Of a DNA stretch of 64,000 nt, positions 52,400 through 64,000 are shown piece after piece (position 1 is the first letter of the stretch; every line of letters starts with the position of its first letter). A program made the position numbers and the translations under genes. The DNA is from the human T2T-CHM13v2.0 reference genome, Homo sapiens, in NCBI RefSeq assembly GCF_009914755.1, contig NC_060926.1; one strand, written 5' to 3'. Below the pieces are notes generated by a model. That model ran no database searches, was not told where the DNA came from, and saw only the letters and a list, made by a program, of their open reading frames with translations.

Positions 52400-52870
52400 A
52401 CAGTCAGGGTTCAAGGCAAGAAACAAAAAACACTCAACATTTCAAAAGAAGGAAATCTAATAAGGAATTAGGTATTCTCTAAATCAGTGAAAAAGGCAGT
52501 CAGGGAGTTGCCACTGATTAGATTTTTTTGATCAAAGTTACACCCCCTTGGCTGTGCTCCAAAGGTTACTGAACTACTGCTCTGATCACCTGTTGTCCCA
52601 CACCCACAAGCTGGTGGCCAGAGATTGGAATTTGGCACAAGGATATGGAAAATACTTTCATTCTTAGGGGTTGGCTTGCAGCTGACACTCTTGAGGAAAG
52701 CTGTCCTCCACCTCCCTTCCAATCTCATGCATATACATCCTACTGGCCCAACGAAAAGCACATCATCACCCAAGCTTAAAAGCAGTTTGAGAAATGTAGT
52801 CTTTAGCCTCCCAGACCTTTTATGGTGATAAAAAGAAGGTAGAAGTGAATGCTGAGTGTAATCAACTATA
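52400..52870 (-). mobile_element. Very old MaLR LTR (MLT1K-N group)
   Basis: AGTCAGGGTTC..GCAAGAAACAAAAAACACTC start; GAGAAATGTAGTCTTTAGCCT. Confidence 0.5.
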
Positions 52871-54415
52871 TTTAGCCTAGCGTGTTATATGCAAAGCAGT
52901 ATTCTAAGCATTTTGAAAGATTAAAAGATAGATAAGACAGGAACTTTTCTCTTAGGGAACATTTATTCTAAGAAGACAAGAGATATATGTGAAGAGTTAA
53001 ACATCAGCAAAAGAGCATTATTAGTATTCAACCCAACATAAAAGTAGTTATGAGACTGAATATAAAGTTTCATGGATATGTCAAGTAGTAAGAAAGTTAG
53101 TTGGCTTTGTGCTAGGTAAGACACAAACTATTGGATGCTCTTTATTAACTCCTAAATCTTTTCAGTATATAAAGGATTGAATGGATATTTAAAACTCCTC
53201 CAGGGTCAAGGCAGACTCACAACTTCAACTATTAATAGCACTCACTACCTAACTCTCAAACTAGGTGAAAGTTTCAGCAGCAATTGATTGTGCAAGTACA
53301 TTCTATGATGGAGAATAGGAGAGTGGTCTCAAAGGCAGGAGGCAAGATAAAACATCTAACACAGGCCTTGGGAGACATAAACCATAGAAATGTAAGGGAC
53401 TAACACCAAGCCCATTGACCACGGTAGGCAACAGCTAGAGGGCCCATAAGCTAAGGCCCTATGAGCCTATAAAGTCCAAATATTTATCAAGGCTTTGCTT
53501 CTATATGGGAAATCACAGAGATGTTTTCCAATTGGTGATTTTCTCAGTTCTAGTTTGAGTCTGTGCTTTGTTCAAGATGTCTGTGGGCAGAGATTCCCCA
53601 GTGGCCTGTCTGCAAAGGTACTCAAGCCAACCCATAATTAAGTCTTAGCAGGTGGCACAAACGAAATAGGTAATGAAGAGACGGAAAAGAGGAATGATAC
53701 TATAAGCAGGAGGCTATGGCTGTTGTGCCACGACTTATTGTAAGCTCTAAGTGACACGTGACAATTCTATCATCTGTGTAAACAAAATTACATTATTTGG
53801 AGCACCATAAAATTTCCTCTAGTTCTAAGTAGTCATTCCTTGGTTGGAAGAAATCATCATAATTTCTGAATCAATATCCTGTAGTATGTATATTTCTATT
53901 TCAGAACCACACATATTAGAAGAAAAATTTTGACCTGTAGGCAAATCTTGGTTTTCAGAATTTCTTTCTTCCAGAACCATTCCTTTTAAATCTTGGCCCA
54001 TTTTTTAAAAATCAACCGGTATTAACAAATAAGAAATAAGTGTCCAGGATAATCCCATCAATGCTTTTGGTTGTATGACAAAGTAACTTTGAAGCAAAAC
54101 CAATATAAATAAAAGATCTTGAAAGGAGCTTGACTAATTTGGCGTATCTAAGTACAATTCAATTCCACAAATGTTTTCTGAGTTCCTACAGCGCACCAAG
54201 CAATGGGGACACAGAAATGTGCAACACACAGTTCCAACCTTTAAAGAGACCACTTCTGTAGGGAATACATGCAAAAAAAAAAAAAAAAGAAATTACATTT
54301 TGGTGACACAAGTGCTATATTGGGCAAATGCAGTCTACACTTTTAAGTAAAGAGAGAATTATAAATTTAGTGGATTCTTCCCAAAAGGAGAGAAGGCAGT
54401 AACACATTGAGGAGT

Positions 54416-54830
54416 TGTCACAGACTGTGCTTCCCTGGAAACTCATTCTGAGGTGGCCATATTTTAAATAAATGGCCTACTGAGAAACGCTCTTGGAGAG
54501 AGTGAAGGAAACAGAACTGGGAAAAAGGTAAAGTTGAAGTGTGAGACAATTGCAAGACAGACCTCAGCTTATCCCAGAAGGAGCTCTGAAGCTAGGGGTT
54601 CCTTCAGAGATGCCCTGTATTGAGGCAAGGGGACCAAGCCTTTGTTACTCTGACATCTATCAGTCACTGGAAGGAGGCATCCCCAAAGGAGGGGGCAATC
54701 CTGTAGTGAGGCAACCCCTCCAGCAGACGGCAATTCCTGCGGAGGGACACATTTGTGAGAGTCTAGCAGTGAACACTCACAGAAGCTGGGGAAGTGAGTG
54801 TCCAGGCAATATACCACAGCATTCACCGCA
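54416..54830 (-). mobile_element. LTR16-like ERVL LTR
   Basis: GTTGAAGTGTGAGACAATTGCAA..GAGCTCTGAAGCT..CCACAGCATTCACCGCA. Confidence 0.65.
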
Positions 54831-55339
54831 GGTATGAAAGCCCACTTCCAATACGGCATTTGTTGGGCTCATGAACAGGCACTCTCTATTTCTCCATGAT
54901 ACGCTTGGCAGCTGGATAAGCCACCATGTTGGCAAAAGTCCTGGATCCTCCATTAATAGAGCATTTATTTGGGCCCCACATTTCCAAGAGCCAACCTCAT
55001 TTCCACACTACAGGCCTTTCTACCAAATGGATGCTTTGGCCTGATGACAAGTTCAGAAAGGAGATTGGTCCAAGAGATTCACCATCCCTGAAGTGAAAAC
55101 AGCTCCTCCAAATGTGAAAGATCTGTCACTATTATGGACTTTATCAGAGAATTAGTAACAATAATGAGAAAATAGTGTGACTAATTTTGAAGATAAATAC
55201 ACCAGAAATGTTATATCCGAAGCAGTGCTACTCTGTTCAAAGTGGTCAGTTTTTGACAATTTGTACATGATACTGTTTTGAAAACTGCTCTTTGGGAAAT
55301 AATTTCAAAGCCAATGACACATTTATGGAAGACATATGA

Positions 55340-55560
55340 TAATGTAGTGGAGAGAATTTAGGGCCTAGGTAAAAATGGGTTTGAATTCTCACATTTACCA
55401 CATATTAGCTATTTTTTCCTTGGCCAATTTATTTAACCTTTGTATCTTTTTTTTATCCTACAAAATTGAAATAACTACTGGATGGGCCTATTGTGAGAAT
55501 TAAATAAGCATACATATATAAGATTCTGAAATATAATAGATGCCCAGAAAATGTTATTTA
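55340..55560 (+). mobile_element. MIR
   Basis: AATGTAGTGGAGAGA..GGGTTTGAATTCT..TTAACCTTTG..TTGTGAGAATTAAATAAG. Confidence 0.75.
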
Positions 55561-55654
55561 CTATTTTATTCCTCATTTCCTTTTCTTTTCTTTTCTTAGT
55601 CAATAAGAAGTATCAAAAAAAGGTAACATATCTTAAGCATGAGGTCTGTCCTTT

Positions 55655-55885
55655 TTTTAAAATATTTTTTAGTTTGGAATAGTTTTATATTTACAAAATA
55701 ATTGCAAAAATAGTACAGAGAATTTCCATATAACTCATACCCAATTTCCTCTATCATTAATATCTTACATTTGTATGATGCATTTGTTACATTAATGAAC
55801 CAAACGTTGTTATTGACTAAAGCTCATAGTTTATTCAGATTTTCTCATTTTTCTTCAATATCCTTTTTATGTTCCAAGTTTTTTT
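55655..55885 (-). mobile_element. L1MC-type 3' end fragment
   Basis: AATTGCAAAAATAGTACAGAGAATTTCCATATA...GCATTTGTTACATTAATGAACC. Confidence 0.7.
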
Positions 55886-57270
55886 AAATAGCCAAACATC
55901 ATTTGAAGTAAAATGTAGTAAATAAGGAAAATGACAGAATGTATTTTTTAAAAGGAGTTATCAACATAAATAAGTGAGGAAGTTCTGTATCGTTTATAAA
56001 CTGACATTTACAGCCATTTCTAAAGGAGGCTTCCAAAAATGCTTCCAGCCTCAGCAGCGCCTCTGGGATTGAAGTTGGTTCCCAAGCTAACAATCCTAGA
56101 GAATCGCATGTGTCAGGTATATAGGATTGCTTTACAAACAAGCTTAGCGTGTTAGATTCTAAGCAACCTTTGTAATCATTCTCACCTTCGCCCCCTACTA
56201 ATATAAATACCCTTTCAAATCCAAGCAAAAATTGCACTTGGACAAAAAAAGTCACCAAAACTTATTTTAGGAGATTAAAATCTCAAGAAATATCCTTTAT
56301 TTGGACTTGTGATATAAACCCTGGTATTTCACAGATAGAATACCCCAGGGAAGGGCATCTCTACTCTATAGTAAATGAATTTGTTTTATTTTTAATAGAA
56401 TAAATTCATTAAAAATAAATCCTAAAACTTATTCATAGTGATGGTTACATCCTGAGAGACTTATTCATGAGTATTTGGTCTGAGGTTATAGTAGCCTGTG
56501 GGTTTCATTGGAACTTTGTGGAGTTGTTTTGACTTAGTAACAACACATCCCTCATGCTGGGACCATGTTTTGAAAACCATTCTCACAGGTCTTCATTTGG
56601 CCCTTGCATAGTTAATGTGGCCTCAATACAGAATATGCATGCTACTGGCCTAGGGAAGAAGTATTCAAATCACTCAAGCATGTTATAGCTAGGGATTAAC
56701 AAAATCTCCCTCTATACTCCAGAGTAATTAAAATATGCAGCTGTGGACAGAGCTGAGAATTGGGAATGCACCTGAACTTTTATGAAGACTCATTAAACAA
56801 TTGAAGATAATCCTGAGCAAAACATACTTCTGTGTTTATTCCCTTGGTTTTTGCATGAAGACAGCAATGTTTGCTTGCCCCATGCAAAAGCGAATATGAC
56901 AGACTTCCGCCTTTTACTTTTATAGTCAAGAATGCATAACTTCTTTGGGATAGACACTGCCTTCAAATGACAAGTTCTGTGCTTCCATGTTCTAGAAATA
57001 CAATATCTCTCAGCCTACAGAGCTATTAAAATCTGCTAGCAAACCTCAGGGAAGCAGAAAACATACTACCTCTCTTGTTTTATTTTAAACAGAAGTTAAA
57101 TGATAATTCTGAATGCTTTCGTGAGAGGAAAAAACCTCCTAACATCTACACTCAAGCCTCTTAAGTTGTCTTTTATGGCATGTTGCAAACAAGGCTAATG
57201 CCACCTCTACAATATGCATGTTACATTGTTTTCTGACCAAAACTTCATGTTCAACCCAGATCACATAGCA

Positions 57271-57550
57271 CAGCGGTCCCCAACCGCCAGGCCACAGACT
57301 GGTCCAAGTCCTTGGCCTGTTAGGAACTGGGCTGCACGGCAGGAGATGAGCAGCAGGCAAGCCAGCACTGCCACCTGAGCTCCCCCTCCTGTCAGATCAG
57401 TGGCAGCATCAGATTCTCATAGGAGCAGGAACCCTATTGTGAACTGCACATGCAAGGGTTGCACACTCCTTATGAGAATCTAATGCCTGAGGGTCTGAGA
57501 TGAAACAGTTTCATCCGGGTCCCTGGTGCCAAAAAGGTTGGGGATTGCTG
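57271..57550. mobile_element. MER1B hAT-Charlie DNA transposon (internally shortened)
   Basis: CAGCGGTCCCCAACC ... GGTGCCAAAAAGGTTGGGGATTGCTG terminal inverted repeats; GATTCTCATAGGAGC core. Confidence 0.88.
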
Positions 57551-58464
57551 ATATAAACAGATGTGTTGATGTAGCCGACACTTATTTGAAGGAAAGAGAG
57601 GTGAGACACTGTTGTCTCTCTTAACCTTGATGCTCTGATCATTTCTTTCCAGCTCGTCTCAAGAATTATAAATCCAACAAGGGAAGAGACAGTAGTTAAA
57701 GAGAAATCACAGCGAAAAAGAGATGTAAATGGACAGATGCTATTAATCCAGAACACCACTGAGAGAACAATTTCCAAATTTCAACTATTTTTAGTAAGAA
57801 AGAAGCATTTCCCTTTGATACACTGGAATAGAGAATAGGGTGCACTTTACTTTTCCTCTGTTGCCACCTGCATGTATGGATACATCTCAATGGCCACACT
57901 CAGGAGGATAGAGTGTGTGCTTATGGGCCCTATTCACAGAGTCTGTAATTCTTTAAAAAGAGAAATAGTTACTTCACTTAGCACAGTGTCTTCAAGTTTC
58001 ATCCCTGTTGTCACATATTGCAGGATTTCCTTTTTATGGCTACATAATACACTGATATGTGTATAAGCCACATTTTCTTTATTCACTTACCCATTGATGG
58101 ATATTTATATCGTTTCTACATCTTGCCTATTGTGAATATTGCTGCAATGAATATGAGAGTGCTAGTATCTCCCCTAGATCCTAATTTCAATTCTTTTGGA
58201 TAAATACCCAGAAAGCAGGGTTGCTGAATCACAAGGTAGTCTAATTTTGATTTTTTGAGAATCTCCATGCTGTTTTCCATAATGACTGTACCACTTTGCA
58301 TTCCCACCCACAGTGTAAAGGGTTCCCTTTTCTCCACATCCTCCCCAACATTTGTTATCTTTTTTATATATAATAGCCATCCTAATAGATATGTGGTGAT
58401 ATCTCATTTTGGTTTTAATTTGCATTTCCCTGATGATTAATGACTTTTTCACATACTTGTTGGC

Positions 58465-59122
58465 TGCTGAGGCTCAGAAAATGATACTCCAAAGTGAAGA
58501 CCTCAGAAGCAGCTTCAGAAGCAAAATCCCTTTCTGACCTCCTCCTGTCTCTCAGCCTCATTCTCTCCCAAGGCTAGCCTTAAAAACTAGAATCCCTGTT
58601 CTCTCCAGGTGGGTCATAGACACCAGAACCCCTTTTCCCCAAAGCCAACATAAAACCTAAAAATACCACTCTAACTTTCTCCCCACCTTTCTCTGTAAGA
58701 ACAGACATAAATAAATAATCTGACCTACCTTGACTGTAGGTCATAAGACTCCCATTCCAGAGAGTGTCCTCCCTCAGACCTGGAAATTAAAAATGCTGCA
58801 TAGAGCAGCCAAGGAGAATCTGGACACAGGCCTCGCTTGGTTTTCCCCAGCCCCCCAAATCAGTCTATTACTATTAGATCATACTCCTTTTTGTCCAATC
58901 ACATTTCTACATGACAGTCTCTACTTCATCAAACCTAAGCCCAAAATCGGATAGCCTCCCCTGTATCTTTGGGTCTTCATTCTGAAAGATTCTGTGTCAC
59001 AAAGAAACTTGATCAAATAAACTTCTTACGCTTTTCTCTTGTTAACATGTCTTTTGATATGGGGTGTTGGCTGTGACCCTTATGATGGGGAGGCAATGGA
59101 TCATACTTTTTCTGTCGATACA
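58465..59122 (+). mobile_element. MER39 ERV1 solo LTR
   Basis: TGCTGAGGCTCAGAAAATGATAC..CAGAAGCAGCTTCAGAAGCAAAA..TGACTGTAGGTCATAAGAC..ends ACA. Confidence 0.85.
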
Positions 59123-59254
59123 TAATCATTTGTATGTCCTCTTTGGAGAAATGTCTATTCAAGTATGTAGCCCATTGTTTTATTATATTATTAGGTGTTT
59201 TTGTTGCTAAGTGAAATAAGCCAGTCACAGAAGAATAAATACTACATGCTTCTA

Positions 59255-59562
<308 letters not shown>

Positions 59563-60849
59563 AAGATTTGTGAAGTGGTCAAACTCATAAAATGGTGGCT
59601 GCCAGAGGCTGAGGACACAGGGAGGGAGAAATGGGAAACTGCCAATCAGTGGGTATATACCTTCAGTTATATGACATTAGTAAGTCCCAGAGATCTGCTG
59701 TAAAACATCGTGCCTATAGATAAAAATATTGTATTGCATATTTAAAATCTGTTAAGAGGAAAGATCTCATGTTTAAATGTTCTTATCACAATAAAATGGA
59801 AAATATATTTTTAAATATAAAATAAAAAACAAAAAACAGAGGAACAGAGTGAGTCTGCTTTACCACTACTGAATGAGAAAGATGATGAGCAGGGACAGTA
59901 GGGAGAGCTGACTAAGCAGCAGTGTGGGCAGGGCCCACGTAAGTTCTGCAGGCTGAGTCACATTTTCAGATCTTATTTAAAGATCTTATTTAAATAATTT
60001 GTAAGACTCTCCTGGTTGTTTCTGATGCCTATAACTAAGCCTTAAATGACTAGCATAAAAGCAGTATTTAGTAGAGCTGGTATCTCAGGGAGAAAAGTCA
60101 CCATCTGCCCAGAAAAAAAGGAAATAAGGAGACTCAGCTCACAAGGACAGATTTCTTTCAAAGGTCAGCTACAGCGTTGCAAGCAGAACTCGTTTGCCGT
60201 ACCCATTATCTATATTGAGGGAGTGTGGCTTTGGCCATATTTGTATGATTAAGGAGCTAATGAATCACCTTGCAATAGCTGACCTTCGAATTAGAACTGC
60301 TTGATAGTTCCTGTCAGAGTCAGTGGTTTGCAAAAAGCAGCTGCTTATAAGTAGTCAACGTAATAAGCTATGTTTACTAGGAGCTTGGACCAGAATGCAT
60401 TAAAAAAAAACAACAACAACTTTAGTTGTCGAATTCTCAAATAGTTATAATATTTGTAACTTATTTATAAGTGGAGATTTTAATTTATAGAGTATTTCCC
60501 CAACATATTTTCTTATAAGATTCCATACTTAATAGCAACTTCAATTATTTTTCAACTGCATCATCTTAAAGTTCTTTCCAGCATAAGAAACTTTGGCATC
60601 GTATTCATAATAGGAGAGACTTTAAAATATGATACTATAAACACTTTGGCACCATAGCTCCTTATTGACATAATTTAAATGGACTGTAAATATTTAAAAA
60701 TCCAATATTCATCTCTCAGTATTAAACTAAATTTAAAACTAGAAAGGAGAACAAGTTTCCAGTCAAAACTGGCCCCTTCATTTTTCATATTCATAAAAAT
60801 GAGAGATACAAGTTTTGCTCCATGGAAATGCAACAGTAGACTATTGTTC

Positions 60850-61010
60850 TGAGACTAGGCTCAAATCACCTCCAATTCTAGCCAGGCAATTTCCATAACA
60901 TCACACAGCTTCAGGTGCCTCATCAGTGAAATGAAGTTAACATCTTTCTTATAGAGTCGTTTCAAGGACTGGATGGCAAATTGTATGTGAAAGAATCTAG
61001 CAAATTAGTA
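60850..61010 (+). mobile_element. MIR fragment
   Basis: GCTTCAGGTGCCTCATCAGTGAAATG..GTATGTGAAAG. Confidence 0.6.
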
Positions 61011-64000
61011 TTCATTTGACAAATATTTTTAAATCTACATCTATCTACTCTTAACTTTTCAACATGCAAGAACAAATAGAAGCCACAAAATTTCTTTCAA
61101 CCTAGAGAAGGGCAGCCTCTTGATTTCAATACCTTTCATGTCTTGAATCTGTTCTTCACATCTTCTGAAACCCACACAACATCCACTGGCACAAATCACT
61201 TTATTAAACATTGCTGCTTTTTGTAGAGCTGAGATATCCACTTAATATCAAAGAAAGACAAAAGGTGTTTTAGGAGTTAAAACAGAAACTTCCAAGAACA
61301 GCAGATGTGACTTACTTGTCTTTAAAGCACTGACACACGTAGAAAGTGCTCTGAGACCTTTGGTGTGAAAAGAAATATCTAATCAGCCACTCTGAACCTC
61401 ATCTTGAAAGTTAATAATACCCCCTTCACAATGCTATTGGAAAGACCAAAAGAGAGAATATGAAAATGTCTGCAGCAGTAGCTGGCCTGTATGTGGCATG
61501 TTATTTGAATCACTGACTTGAATCTCAAGCATTCTCCATATAGCTGGCAAACTAATAAAAACAGCCTTCCTCAAAATTGTTTACAAATCAAAATGTGTCT
61601 ATTATGTATTAAAAGTATTAATATGGGTGATTTATACTATATTCAGGCTTTCATATATGTATATAATCATTACCTTAAGCAATCTATGTAGCTGACGTAT
61701 ATAAATTCTCTCTGAAAACTTCCTACCTGCCATGAATTTGACCTACCATTTTGCGACCAAGACAAGGCCTGATTCTGAATCACCAGCTACCTACACACAC
61801 CATTAAGAACCACTTTATTAAGACATAAACTGCTAATGCTTCATCATATTCTATATTCAGGACATAACCTTCACTGCTTTCATAGAGTGAAAAAGAATAA
61901 AAACAGACCTGACAATTGAGAACAGTCAGTTTTGGGCAGCCTCGTCTCTTTTAAACAAATGTCTCGGGATTCATTCCTCATTTTATGAAATTGCTGTGAT
62001 GTTTAATGTTACTCTCACATTGCTTCTTGGAATATGTCTAAGTCATATAACTTTCACTATTGTCTGGTCTTCAAATTATTTGTATCTGTCTACACTGATG
62101 CTTCATTGGCTCAGCCCAAAACCAATCCCACTTGAAGTTAGTTTCCTGTATGCAGGGTTAAAATTCAAAACAGTTAACACCCAGTATGGTGCAGGGCAGC
62201 AACCAGTTAGAGAGGACCTTGACCCAACCACCTGAGCTGGGTTTGGCGACCACCCTGCTCTGCTTCCTGTTGTTCAGCTCTGGGGAGGTGGACAGGGGAA
62301 AGGTCTCAATGGCTGATGAGTGACGGACATTCCTCAAGAAGCTCAAGACAGTAACTATTTACCAACAAATACTGACATCTTTTGATATCTAACAACCAAT
62401 AAGGCTATACCAGTGCCTCCTTCCAAATATGCACCCTAAAAATATGGAAAATCAGAGAAATAAAAGACCCCAGCATGTAAGAAGCTGCCTAAAATTCTCA
62501 TCATTAAAAGACAATTGTAAGGACAGAATTACGGGAGTCTTGAAATCTCTATCTAAATGCAAATTACCTGAGAGAGAAACCCCAGAAGGCATGATAAGAT
62601 CTATTATCAAATTGAAACCTATTAGTTGAAGATGCAACCAAGGGACACTGTGACAAGCAGGGCAGAACCCTGGGAGACTAGGGGAAAGGCTGGCCTAGAA
62701 GTTTGCGGAGCTGAAGGAAACAAGGAAGACTGGAGGATTCTGGGATAGCGCAGAGTTTAAGAGCACAGACAATATATTTGATATCACTCGCCTGACGCAC
62801 ATACTCCTTCTTGCCAAAGGGTTTGTGAAGGTTGAGCTATCAAAACTCAGCCACAGTCCACAGGCTGATGGCATGTCTGGTTTGGGTTTTCCCCCATTAT
62901 TCTGAGTAAAGATAAGTAAGCAAATTAATTCAATGCTGCCAAACTTTCTCTAACCCTTTTTAAAAGACATGTTGATCAACAGTTATTTAAAGGAAGGACT
63001 TTTAACAGCCAAAATCTCTTACAGAAATTTATATTTCCTTGTAAGCAATCCATCATGCCATCTGTTTTAAAGATGTTTAAAGAAGTGGCCCAACTGAACT
63101 CTTGTGAAATAACTACAAACAGATAGAAAAAAAAAGATGAATGGCCAATAGCCCAGCCTTTCAGAGCCATATAAATGAATCACTACTAACAAAAATTGGA
63201 CTAGATGGTTTCATAACTCACCTTCTGACTTGAACTTACTGCACATTCACACGGGGAACAGAAAAGTAAAAGGACCTCTGTAATTCAATAAAGCTTGTGA
63301 GCATTTTGATCTTTGCAAATATGTATCTGACAACCAAAATGATTTTATTGTAGAATCACTGAACAAGGTTTTGCATGCCAGTAGGACACTATGTAAGCTA
63401 ATTAAATTCCATCCTATTGGAAAATGTGTTCTCCATTGCCTTTCAATGCATTTGATTTTAACATTGTATTACAAATTATTTAATATTGATTATTTTTCTA
63501 ATGGAAGTATCAATCCTACTGTGTACGTGTCATTATTTTTCCCCAACTGAAAAATGTAAAATCTCAGAACTATATGTCACCTAACACCAATACATATGTG
63601 GATGTGAATATGGTCCCTCTCTTTAGAAGGCTCTGGAGGTATATGCATGTTGGGGGAATGAGATGTCAGAGCAACTACCAGAAAAAAATTAAGAAATCAA
63701 ACACAAAATCTTCTTTTAATACAGTTATAATGTGCTTTTTCTTCTATTTCAGTTCTATTTCAGTTTATTTCAGTTTATTTTCTCATGTCAATGACTTGTA
63801 AAAGGACCCAATTATATCATTTCAGAAAAAATGATTGCTGGTGAGTGGGGAAGAAAAGGTCAGAGAAGCCTAAGAATTAATATTCAAGAAGCAGAAAAAC
63901 AGTTTTTAAAAAGCAGCCGGGAATCTTCTGATCTTCTGATAATTCTGGACAGAACACACAGAAAAGCTGAATGCTGCAGAGATTTGGAGATCAGCACATG

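Noticed and set aside
55190-56275. Possible MARNA/mariner relic fragments around the MIR and L1MC pieces
   Set aside because: Similarity too weak to call from memory without an alignment.
59968-59993. 13-bp tandem duplication AGATCTTATTTAA x2
   Set aside because: Ordinary slippage-scale duplication.
61310-61375. Minus-strand 42-nt micro-exon (TTCTTTTCACACCAAAG|...GACAA|GTAAGT)
   Set aside because: Weak acceptor, no recognisable peptide or partner exons; expected by chance in 64 kb.

Overview
AT-rich primate (human) genomic DNA dominated by interspersed repeats. I find no recognisable cellular protein-coding gene, and almost every long ORF in the track is a LINE-1 fragment or a repeat-derived chance ORF. 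The window holds at least six L1 insertions of very different ages, many ERV1/ERVK/ERVL/MaLR LTRs, four Alus, L2/MIR relics and DNA transposons (MER5A, MER44, MER1B, MADE1), often nested. The most informative structures are retrotransposition or repair scars readable directly in the sequence. (1) An L1PA4-like element (25275-29227) carries a 3' transduction of a THE1 LTR fragment inside its target-site duplication (TSD) and a ~2.3 kb microhomology-bounded internal deletion. (2) A human-specific L1HS-Ta insertion (12994-15219) has a twin-priming 5' inversion. (3) A ~111 bp near-identical copy of an old L1's ORF1 segment sits 2.3 kb away in its own ORF2 (33991-34101). (4) An ancient L1M shows the same inversion signature as (2). 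(5) A MADE1 hairpin has paired arm changes. I do not see convincing evidence of a new biological system. Subfamily names come from recalled consensus sequences and need RepeatMasker/Dfam confirmation; boundaries of old repeats are approximate.
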